From positions 1-46,439 of the forward strand of contig JAUCBJ010007931.1 in NCBI GenBank assembly GCA_032718475.1: DNA of 46,439 nucleotides. The letters run 5' to 3'. This document shows, piece after piece, positions 12,579 through 22,929 of this stretch. Source of the DNA: Nemertoderma westbladi (Eukaryota; Animalia; Xenacoelomorpha). How positions within the stretch are numbered: the stretch's first letter is position 1; the number at the start of each line of letters is the position of its first letter. Made by a program: the position numbers and the translations under genes. The notes beneath the pieces were generated by a model. It was not told where the DNA came from and made no database searches. It was given only the letters and a program-made list of their open reading frames with translations.

Positions 12579-12930
12579 ATGAGGATGCCTGATCCAAAAC
12601 CGAGTGGACCAACACCAGGAACCAATGGCGAGAAATTAACAAAACTCAGTAAGACAAGAAGCGCCTATCGACGACAAGCAACAAACGCAATCAAAGACGT
12701 TGGAGATATCAACACACTCACAAAGGTGACAACAACGGCGAAGTCAACAATCATAGAAGACACAATGAAAAAAGTTAACACAATCAACGAAGAGATTTGG
12801 GGGTATCTCGACGACGACGCTATGGATAAAGATGACACAGATTCAATGGAATACAAGGTGAGACTCATCAACACGTTGATAGTTGCGCAACAAAAGCATC
12901 ATGTGGGAGTTCACCTTGCCCAGGACAATA
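12579..12930 (+). pseudogene. BEL/Pao gag N-terminal fragment
   Basis: L.K.RSAYRRQAT...NEEIWGYLDDD...SMEY helical pattern typical of Pao gag N-termini; lies after PBS; truncated. Confidence 0.55.
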
Positions 12931-13282
12931 CTTCGCATAAAACTCTGTTCTATTCGCACTCAAAGTCTCTCACTTTCTTCCTAATAATGTGAGGCAAGTC
13001 AGTGATATCTTCCAAAGACAAGAGAAATTCATTAAACATGAAGTTCCCATCACCATGTACCCAAACTAAGTCCATGTTCCGCTTTGCTGCTTCAGCACAG
13101 AACCAAGCAGCTGCATTTGTCTGTATGGCCATCAATGCGCCCCTCTGAGAGGTTGTATACATCTCTGTATATTAGCTGTTGCAGTGGGTAGTAGTGTACA
13201 TCCAGTTGTTGGCACTGCAGATGCAGATGCAGTGGGGTCCAGAGACCACAGGTCTACTCCAGAGGTTTGAACCCTCAGTTTG

Positions 13283-13462
13283 AAACCTTCAGTTTTTCTG
13301 GATAATTGGACGTTAAAATTTAATAAATCCTTCAGTTTTTGTGGATAATTAGACGTTAAAATTTAATAAAACCTTCAGTTTTTCTGGATAATTGGACGTT
13401 AACATTTAATAAAACCTTTAGTTTTTCTGGATAATTAGACGTTAAAATTTAATAAAACCTTT
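13283..13462. repeat. 43-bp tandem repeat, 4 copies
   Basis: AACCTTCAGTTTTTCTGGATAATTGGACGTTAAAATTTAATAA; period 43 (13286, 13329, 13372, 13415, 13458). Confidence 0.93.
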
Positions 13463-13769
13463 GATTGTTCTGAAGTTGTATGGAGAACCACAAAGTCAGG
13501 AACATGTGTGAAAGTCAATATCTAATGGCTGTGACAAATTAACTATAAACTAGAATTGAAGGGGCTTTGTAAATCATGAAGGTTTGCCTGAATTTGATTA
13601 ATTTTAATACGGTTTATATATTATTCATATAGATAGATATATATTATATATTCCGTGTATACAATTTATATATCAATATATCAAGTAATATGCACGCACA
13701 TAACATGGCAAAATATACCGTACCAAATTACACAACCAGGCCTCCCTAACAAGCGATTTATAAATCGAT

Positions 13770-13965
13770 GTCCCTACGGCCCATGTCCATCCTTATTGTC
13801 CATCCACCTCGTAAAAATCAAAGTCCCGACGGCCCATGTCCATCCTTATTGTCCATCCGCCTCCTAAAAATCAGTCCAAACGGCACATGTCCAATGTCCA
13901 TCCGCCTCCTTAAAATCAAAGTCCCGATGGCCCATGTCCATCCTTATTGTCCATCCGCCTCCTTA
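13770..13965. repeat. About 50-bp tandem repeat, 4 copies
   Basis: CGGCCCATGTCCATCCTTATTGTCCATCCGCCTCCT... at 13776, 13829, 13880, 13927. Confidence 0.88.
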
Positions 13966-14409
13966 ACTCGTTTTCTGCCTCCTGAACTCCAATAACATAT
14001 GACTGCGGTTGATTAGTTGTCAATGGTGTAGATTCAGCCCATGGTAGTAAATAATCTTTTGAATCTTTAACATAAGCAAAATTATTGGAGCCGAAAAAAT
14101 ACACCCATTTCATATTTTTTTTCTGTGTTCCGGTGTTGGGGTCAGAGCAGATTCTTGATGGCCAAAATGTTTGGCGCTTCTTAAGGCGGGCCCAAATTAT
14201 TGGGCCAGTGTCGTGGATATCATCAATAATTGATGAATATCCATTCCTGTCATCACCGACGGGCTCCACTTCACTTCAGCCTCACTACTACTACTCTCAC
14301 TACTGTCTGCTATCGGTATTTCTCGGGATTTTCGTGAGGCTGCATTACGGATCAGGTCCATACTACCGGTCCCAGTACGATCCTTCTCCTTTCGATCATT
14401 CTCTGCAGC
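13916..14409 (-). pseudogene. PWWP-domain exon (acidic linker + PWWP), one frameshift near 14272
   Basis: IIWARLKKRQTFWPSRI...WVYFFGSNNFAYV...LLPW...GVQEA matches the PWWP consensus VWAK...WPA.I...V.FFG...(W/Y)V. Confidence 0.8.
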
Positions 14410-14694
14410 CTTTGGGAGGTAATGAATGATGATCCTATATAATGATTCATTAAGATATATATATAATATAATAACTTTATTTAATGATGTTAAAAAGAAT
14501 CTGATTTCGTACATACAGACATAGTGCCCATAAACAAATTTTTCAGTACCGGTTCAAACAAATAATTTCTAAAAAAATTATACCATACTGGTGGTAGCCT
14601 ACTTAATGAGATCGCTTGAAATTTTATTAGCTGTTATGTACAGATCAGATCAGCTGATGTAGTACTGGGGTCAAGGGGAACAATGCAGCAAGGC

Positions 14695-15017
14695 CTGGTT
14701 AAAACGTACCCGATACTGCTGTACTGGGTAAGTTTCAACAATGGTACATCGTGTAATATAAAAAAGTTAAATAAGTTGCAAAAATAAACTGTAACCTGTG
14801 CTATTGACTCTCGTTTATTGTTTTGGTTAGATTAATTCGTCACTGTAACCTGCTCCTATCCCTTTAAATCTCCGGAACTAACGATATTGATTGGTTGTAG
14901 GAAGTTTTGTTAGGATGACTGTAATATCTTGTGGATCCCTAAGTTAAAACGTACCCGAAATATGGGTACGTTATTGATTGGGCACGTTTTAACCGAGGTA
15001 CGTCTTGACCTGTAAAC
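14695..15017. mobile_element. Small DNA-transposon remnant with inverted TAAAACGTACCC motifs (possibly Mutator-like end)
   Basis: GTTAAAACGTACCCGA at ~14698 and ~14943; inverted GGG(T/C)ACGTT motifs at 14964-15003; no TSD resolved. Confidence 0.3.
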
Positions 15018-15259
15018 GGCCTTGGCTTGGCCTACATGATCTTACCGGTACCATAAAATGTACCATATATATTGATAAAATTATAGGCTCAGCCAAGCTG
15101 CCTAGGTCTATCAGATCCTACTGTCCAACCCATGCAATCCCCCTGTCCCCTAAAATAGAAAACACAAACACTACATCAGTTCAGAATCAGTATATAGGAT
15201 CATTATTTTATTTAAGCCTACCGCTGCTGCCACCAGTTTAATGCGTCGTCCAGGGTTGT

Positions 15260-15432
15260 TTGATTTAAATCATTTGATTTAAATCATTTGATTTAAATCA
15301 TTTGATTTAAATCATTTGATTTAAATCATTTGATTTAAATCATTGATTTAAATCATTGATTTAAATCATTGATTTAAATCATTGATTTAAATCATTGATT
15401 TAAATCATTGATTTAAATCATGATTTAAATCA
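15260..15432. repeat. 12-13-bp palindromic tandem array (TGATTTAAATCAT[T])n in hAT left end
   Basis: About 14 copies of the palindrome TGATTTAAATCA. Confidence 0.95.
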
Positions 15433-15839
15433 CATAAAAAAAATCAAAAAAATCAGATTTTTTGATAATTTTGATTTTTTTTAAATCATGAATTTTATCA
15501 ACTATGCTTTAAGGCCAAAGGAAACATGTATTATTGATTATTAATAAATGAGTCAAATTATCTACAAATTATCTTACATGAAATTACAGTACCATGTCCC
15601 ATTTCAAATACCTACCATACATACAGTATACACAGGGTATTAGTACGTTTGAACGACACTAGCCAAACAATCATGAAATCAGATAGAAACTGATAAAAAT
15701 TGTTACCGGTAACGGTATACTGGCCTACTGTTAGTATACTGTACTCATGACTATGGCTGAATTAAATTTCATTGAGATTGGGAAACTTACAGTATCGAGA
15801 CTGAGGAGCGCGCTATTGAGTATTGAGTTTGCCTAAAGC

Positions 15840-16679
15840 GTGGAGCTTCTCCCCCGAACTCTACAACCAAATGGGCAACCAACCCTACGTCTTTGTCCTT
15901 TTCTGGGTTGTACTGCGCAAGCTAAAATTACACTGGTGAAGGACAGGGGATTCATGCGGCTTGTTTCTGCACATCTGTTGCTAGGCGACATTGTTGGGGT
16001 GCAAGGCAATGGATCCCTTGTCGACTGGTACAATTTTATTAGAGAATTAATGTACCACGATCAAGAGGAGTCAGAGCCAATGGGTGGACCAGGACATATT
16101 GTCCAAATCGACGAGACACTATTACGGGGAAAACGCAAGAGGAGCACCAACAACCGAGGTCGTTTGCTTAGTGGGGACCACTTTCCGTCATCCCGATCTA
16201 ATTATGGGACGACAGTGGATGGGCCGTGGGTGTTTGGACTGGTATGGAAACGTCCAGATAATAAAGTCGACATCCGCCTCTACCACATTTTGCATCGTGA
16301 TGCAGACACCCTCCGTCCTATTTTGGAGAAACATGTCGCCAGTGGAACCAAGATACAGTCCGATGAATGGTCTGCGTATTGCGGTGTGAATGTTGGCATA
16401 ACAAACGCCACAAACCCGTGGTCTGCTACCAATGGAACAGGGACCTACTTACACGAAACCGTCAACCATTCGGTAGAGTGGGTGAGTGCGACTGGCACCC
16501 GCACTCAACCTATAGAGTCGATGTGGGGCCACTTAAAGACGCCAGTCATCCGCAATAAGAAATGCACAACACCGCAACTTATTGCTGGCCACCTGGCAGA
16601 ATTTCGGTGGAGACTTTTAAATCGCGACCGACCTTTCTCAAATCTCCTTGCACTTTTCAAACATTACTACCCTTGCTGA
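15840..16679 (+). pseudogene. Merlin/ISXO2-like DDE transposase, 5' part degenerate
   Basis: VQIDET, WVFG, IQSDEWSAY, HETVNHS, TQPIESMW, HLAEF.WR; no in-frame ATG at the start and apparent N-terminal deletion. Confidence 0.88.
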
Positions 16680-16701
16680 ATGTCTATACTGTACCTTATA
16701 C

Positions 16702-16833
16702 CTTAACCAACCCAAATGGCCCTTTTCAGGGCCAACTACTGTACGACCTAACTTCAACCCAAACGGCCCTTTTCAGTGCCAACTACTGTACGACCTGACT
16801 TAACCAACCCAAACGGCCCTTTTCAGGGCCAAC
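16702..16833. repeat. About 48-bp tandem repeat, 3 copies
   Basis: CAACCCAAA(T/C)GGCCCTTTTCAG(G/T)GCCAACTACTGTACGACCT. Confidence 0.85.
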
Positions 16834-17001
16834 ATATGAAATGAACAACCGTATCGCAACAGCGTTATTAGCTTGTAATATTTTTTTACAATAAGATACA
16901 CCCTCAGTCGGGGTAAATATTAATTATAATATTGGAAATATGTATGTACGGTAGACTGTAATAGACTGTAGTAGTAAGTAATATAGATTAAAATAATACA
17001 T

Positions 17002-17855
17002 TCCCTTCAAAGAACTTAATAAATAATACCCAAGCAATCCGCAAGGTGGTGCACAATACTGCTATACCGGTACCGGTACCATTATTTATCTGATTTTAGG
17101 CTTGTTTGGCTAGTGTCGTTCAAACGTACTATACCTATACACAGTCCCAGATAATTTCCATTGCTTTATATTAGCTTAGTTTACTGGTATATACTGGTAG
17201 TACTGAAGTAGGCCCACATAGTATGTACCGGTCAGTATATCACACTTGCCGGTTCATTGTTTCCCTGGCAGACAGAAATCTTGTAGGCCTACTGGTCTAG
17301 TGAGACTGATAAAGCAGTAATTAGAAGCATATACCAGAAGCACCAGTACTGCAGTATGATATGCTGTAAGCTATTTTACAGTTTTTATTATTTTTAACAG
17401 TATTGCTATTTTATATGCTAAGTTTATATCCCTTCAAAGAACTTAATAAATAATACCCAAGCAATCCGCAAGGTGGTGCACAATACTGCTATACCGGTAC
17501 CGGTACCATTATTTATCTGATTTTAGGCTTGTTTGGCTAGTGTCGTTCAAACGTACTATACCTATACACAGTCCCAGATAATTTCCATTGCTTTATATTA
17601 GCTTAGTTTACTGGTATATACTGGTAGTACTGAAGTAGGCCCACATAGTATGTACCGGTCAGTATATCACACTTGCCGGTTCATTGTTTCCCTGGCAGAC
17701 AGAAATCTTGTAGGCCTACTGGTCTAGTGAGACTGATAAAGCAGTAATTAGAAGCATATACCAGAAGCACCAGTACTGCAGTATGATATGCTGTAAGCTA
17801 TTTTACAGTTTTTATTATTTTTAACAGTATTGCTATTTTATATGCTAAGTTTATA
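17002..17855. repeat. 427-bp tandem duplication spanning the Merlin right end
   Basis: 17002-17428 = 17429-17855; includes TIR and TSD. Confidence 0.93.
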
Positions 17856-17909
17856 GGCCTATATAATTATATTCTGCTGTTCTATTTTGATATTAAATAG
17901 CTGATTAGT

Positions 17910-19627
17910 ATGTCTGGGCCGTAAGCAAGATGACATTTGGAGGCAATTTAATAAAACTGTTACGATTGGGAAAGCAGGCTGCCGTGCAACTTGCAAGGAA
18001 TGCGGTAAAGAATTGCAAGGCCTAGTGACTCGTTTAAAACATCATATAAGCATATGTACAGGCAACGGCAAAGTGAATGTGATTGAAGAAGGTGGGAATT
18101 GTATAGCGGTACCAACGATAACCGATGAATCAAGGAGTGTTTCTACAACTAGCCTCAAGCGTTCAGAAACAGACACTCCTCATTTAGAACCAAACACATT
18201 GCGAAAGGTACAAAAACAGGGGACAATGAATAAATTCGTTTGCAAGACATCGAAATCAGAGAAAGATTTGTTAGATTTACAGGTAGCTCGTTTTATATAT
18301 GCCACCAATACATCATTCAACGCTGTTTCTCACCCAGAATTTATTGCACTGATCGAGATGTTACGGCCTGGGTACAAACCCCCAAGCAGGTTTGATGTTA
18401 GTAAAAGATTGTTGGACATAGTACACGATGATGTAATGTCAAAGTGTAAGGAGAAGCTGGATAATAGGGATGTTTGTTATGTCCTTGGATGGTTGGAGTA
18501 ATGTTCGAAATGATTCCCTTATCTGTATGTCTGTCACTACTCCAGATGGAGATACATTTCTTACTGAAACCATTGACACTGCTGGAAAATCACACACTGG
18601 AGACTACTTGCAAGAGGTTGCAGAAGAAGCACATGATTCCTGTGAGAAAGAGTTTGGCTGTTCTGTTCGAAGCTTTGTGACAGACAATGCATCAAATATG
18701 GGTAAACTAAGAAAAAATTTAATGAAGAATGATGAACATATTGTGACCTACGGATGCACAGCCCACGTTTTAAATCTTTTTGCTCAGGATGTAGAAATTA
18801 AGGGTGTCCAGGAACATATCCTATTGATAGTCAAGTACTTCCGCAATCACCACCTGCCAGCTTCATGGTACAAGGCAACTGGAGGGAAGGCTCTTATTAT
18901 GCCGCAAGAAGTTCGTTGGAATACAATGTCTGATTGTCTAGAGCAATATTTAGAGAGTTGGCCTCTATTATTGAACATCTGTGAAGAACATCAGAGTGAC
19001 ATAGACAGTACAACAGCAGCGAAAGTGAAGAATATTAGCATCAAATGCAATGCTGAAGATCTCCTTGCCCGTCTGAAACCAACTGCAGTTGACTTGGATC
19101 GCATCCAAACTTCTACTTGTTCAATTGGAATGGCAGTTGATGTATGGGAAAGACTTGGTGAAGATCTGAATGGTCAACCAGCATCTGTAATGAAGCACTT
19201 CAAAGAAAGGAAATCCTTTGCACTTACTGCGGCACATTTTCTAGGCAACATTGTTGATTCGAGATATAGAGGTAAAAACTTGACAGTTGACGAAATGGAC
19301 AGTGCTATGACTTACGCAGGGCAAAGAAAGATTCTTCCAACAATTATTAACTATCGAGCTCAGACTGGCCCATTCAAGGGATATATGTTCTCTGACGAAG
19401 TAACACAATCTGTGAGTCCAATGGCCTGGTGGAAGTCCCAGTAACAGGAGGTTGGTGAGAAGACATTATCAACAATCTACCAGCTGCTTAGTGCTATGTC
19501 ATCAAGTGCCAGCCTTGATAATATTTTCTCCATATTTGGATTTATTCACTCCAAAGTACATAATCGTTTGGGTGTAGAAAAGGCAAGCAAGCTCGTATTC
19601 ATTTACAAACTGTTAAATTCTAAATAA
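17910..19627 (+). pseudogene. hAT transposase (BED finger, DDE, dimerisation domain), disrupted
   Basis: IW..F...CKEC...LKHH...C; SLDGWSN; FVTDNA; GCTAHVLNL; VRWN; WWK; SSASLDNIFS (usual ER altered); frameshifts at ~17918 and ~18475; stop at 19442. Confidence 0.93.
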
Positions 19628-19900
19628 TAACTCCAACCAATCAGCCCCAATATCACTCACAAATTATTATATAATGTAATTAATAATTGTAATAATTCTA
19701 ATAGCTATTTGTAATAATGTTTTAATTGTTTTAATTTGTTAATGTTTTAATTTTTTATATAATAATTGTAATTATTTCACTGTATTAATTAAGTTGTATT
19801 AATTCTTTGTTTTGTTTACTTGGTTTATATTCGAATATTAAGAAGGTGCATTGGTAAAGCCAGAAGTCTTCAAAATGTTTTCATATCAAATCTGACTTAA

Positions 19901-21718
19901 GGGGAGATGAACACTTTTGGGGGGCCAAAAAATCGAAAATTTTTTTTTGCGGAAATCAAGTCTTCTACAACTCCTGAAAACACTGTAAAAATTTTAAAGT
20001 AAAATATTGATCTGAACATATAAAATTTGGCAATTAAAAATGCAATGTCTGTTAGACAATGGCCTCTAAATTGGGAATTTTTTTCGAAAAGTACGTTTAA
20101 ACTAAACAATATGTGAACGCGGTTGTTACTGCACTTTGACATAGAAGTGTAGAGGTACCTATAATACAGGAGGGAAATTTAAACTCCGATTGGCATAGTA
20201 TTAGAAGAATGATTGCACTACTACTGTTTGATTGCACTGTACTGTAATAGTGGTATTTTATAATTAGATAATAATCAGAGAGTCATTCAGATGGTTTCAT
20301 GTTCAGTCTATTCACTTTTCAATCAGTTTTTATGAGAGATTAGGCCTACTCAACTATTCCCGTGCTGCAGTGTCTGGCAATTAATTTTTCCGGCAGCAAG
20401 ACTGGTCGGTAATGGTAACGTACCGGTACCATTACTATAGTACCAATTACAGTTAGCAGTTAGTCAATTCAACGTCAAAAGGTCAGTTAGTCAATTAGCC
20501 TACAAATTGGTGATTTTTACTGTTTATTATTTGATACTGTACCTGGAAATGCCTCGGAGCAAACCCTTTGGTAAAAGGAGGGGTACCTTCCCTCCAGCTA
20601 ATAGGCCTACTTCCAAACTGCCAACCCGGAGGAGTGCTACGAATAAGAAACTCTCGAGTAATGGTACGCCTAAACTACCAGTATCTTCTCCAACCGAAAC
20701 TTCGCACCAATTCCATGTTATCGACATGGACCTGCTCAATGATGCTTTGGCTTCATCTGTGTTGTGTAACTGGTGCAATAGTTCCTCGGTTCAACTAACC
20801 ATCAATAGCTCCTACGGGATTGCAACGAACTTCTCGATAACTTGCCAAAATGAAAACTGTTCAGCCAATCCTGGAACATTTTGGTCTTCCACTAGAGGAA
20901 ATACAAGACTGTTCGAATCAAATATTCGTTATGTCTATGGTTTGCGGTGTGTTGGATTGGGTCGTGAACAGGGGAGATTGCTTTCGGCTATAATGAATAT
21001 ACCTCCTCCACCTCAAATATTTGGTCGATATACATCGGTGATCAACACAACTATTAAATCAGTGGCGAAGGAATCGATGGTTAGAGCTACAAAGGAGGCA
21101 ATTGAGACTAATACTTTGGAACCAAAGGAACATCTGGCCATGAGTTTAGATGGTTCGAAAAGTAAGGCATCACACCGTATAGCTCATTAAATTTTAGTCA
21201 ATACACAAATATTTTACCCTTGTTACAGACATCATTAGTGCATTTTACAAAGCAAACTAACCCAGGAAAACACTTCTGGATATGTAATGTGCATTATAAC
21301 TTTGAATTTGATTTTCCCGATAAAGAATATTTTAGTGTGATGTCCATTTTTCGGTACCATTTTTGGGTGCCGGAGTTCGGGGGACAGTACATAAATTTGT
21401 CACTTGGGGTAGTTTTTTATACTGAATTCGATGAATGGAACGGTTTTTCCAAAAAACTCTTTGATTTTCTTCAAAATTGCATAAAATTTTGAAAATAATG
21501 AAAAATTTCACTTTTTTTATTTAGTTATATTGCACCCATGCGCGACAACGAAGCAAAAATTTGAAAATCCATTCCATTAATTTTGTTCGCCGTAAAATTC
21601 TGAGTCAGTGATCCAATTTTCAAGTCCTGGTTCTCTTTTATTAAAAAAATAATGGTACCGAAAAAATGTAAAAGTTTAACTTAAATCATTAAGGAACTTA
21701 CAAAGTGTTCATCTCCCC
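19901..21718 (+). mobile_element. Internally deleted Kolobok-like transposon
   Basis: 17-bp TIR GGGGAGATGAACACTTT; TTAA TSD at 19897-19900 and 21719-21722; RR...YY termini. Confidence 0.88.
20549..21190 (+). pseudogene. Kolobok-type transposase N-terminal half
   Basis: CNWC...GI...CQNENC, F.SS, N.RYVYG.R.VG.G, MNIPPP, ESM..A..EA, SLDGS (first D); truncated afterwards. Confidence 0.75.
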
Positions 21719-21792
21719 TTAACTAAAAAAATATATTTTAAATAAAAAAAATCTGATTTAAACCAAAAAAATCATGATTTTTATCAACCCTG

Positions 21793-22413
21793 GCGTCGTC
21801 GCTTGTTATCCCTACATTCCCTGTATTTTGTACGAAATACGGCGGCAGTATCGCTTTTAAACTTCGAGTGTTTAAATTTGAATTCTGGATAAACTGTTAT
21901 CACAGAATCCCCAATAATATTAAGGTCGGTAACGCCACGTTCCTCAAAGTCTGCACTGAACGTACATAAACATTTCCTAAAATAAGAACCGCCAAGAGCG
22001 ACCTCTTTCCCGTTCAAATCAATGAATGGGACATCCACTAATTTCCCCCGTACTCCGGTAGACGCTGGTGGTTGGTAGTACTCCTTTCCATTAATAAACT
22101 TTCTTTTAAGACTGGGTCTTTTGTCGAAATGCCTAGATGTTGGGGTAGGGGGAGTAACGACACCGCCGGTACGCCAACTTGTACTTTCAACATTGCCAAC
22201 CTGATAAGTAGTAGATGTAGATGAGGACCGGGGTACCACGGGGTTGACAACATCTACTTGGCAATCGGGACACACTTGCCAGTGTGATTTAATTTCTAAT
22301 CCACAACATACTTTTTTTCATGTTAATTCAGTTCTATATGCCGGACACATAGCCCACTTACTAAGTACATCTTCATCGCAATTTGGGCATGGCCCAGCGC
22401 CAGCGGTATTCAT
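21793..22413 (-). pseudogene. Double-zinc-ribbon + BEN-like exon, interrupted at its 3' end by the hAT
   Basis: MNTAGAGPCPNC...WAMCPA(Y)...*...CCG.EI...WQVCPDC, Ser/Thr/Pro linker, then YFRKCL..F....KYRECR..KRRR; frame continues at 15242-15222 once the hAT is removed; BEN call is tentative. Confidence 0.55.
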
Positions 22414-22929
22414 TGCCCAATATGCAATAGGCCTACCCGAGTTCACAGCACAATCCTGCATTCAGCATTCACAGCTATACAGCTGTACAGGCTGATAGTG
22501 GACAGGCAGTCGGTCTGTCACAGTACCCCCTGACCTCTGGCTGTCTTGTACTACAGCAGTACAAGCTGACTGATGACTGTATGACGCAGTTAGGGTAGGG
22601 GATAGCCGGATTGCAGACTACTGGTGCCGGTAGTGCAGGAGTGTGTAGGCCTATACACTGTGTAGAATAACGTAGAGCAAGACTGCAGGATTAATACAGC
22701 AACATGAAGTGTGTAGTACGGTACCGGAGAGCAGTAGGGTGTCCCAGTAGTTGTGGTCAGGTAGACATGTGGCTAAGTCGCAAGTCACAGGTTCCGGTAA
22801 GCATTAGTAGTTTTAATACAAACCAACTATACAATTGAAGAACACATTTAATATAGTCAGCCAATAGCCAAAATAGTTTTTGTGTACACATTTCTTGGAT
22901 TATACTAATAAATTGCTTCAAGGTTGTTG

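Larger units (their letters stand above)
15636..17135 (+). mobile_element. Merlin (IS1016/ISXO2-like) transposon
   Basis: TIR GGTAT(T)AGTACGTTTGAACGACACTAGCCAAACAA; 9-bp TSD TATACACAG at 15627-15635 and 17136-17144. Confidence 0.93.
15251..21792 (+). mobile_element. Full-length hAT transposon with nested insertions
   Basis: CAGGGTTG.../...CAACCCTG termini; 8-bp TSD GCGTCGTC at 15243-15250 and 21793-21800; GATTTAAATC subterminal motifs. Confidence 0.95.

Noticed and set aside
12950-13637. Minus-strand 70-aa ORF and CACGG-type terminus of another CMC element
   Set aside because: No partner end or recognisable domain
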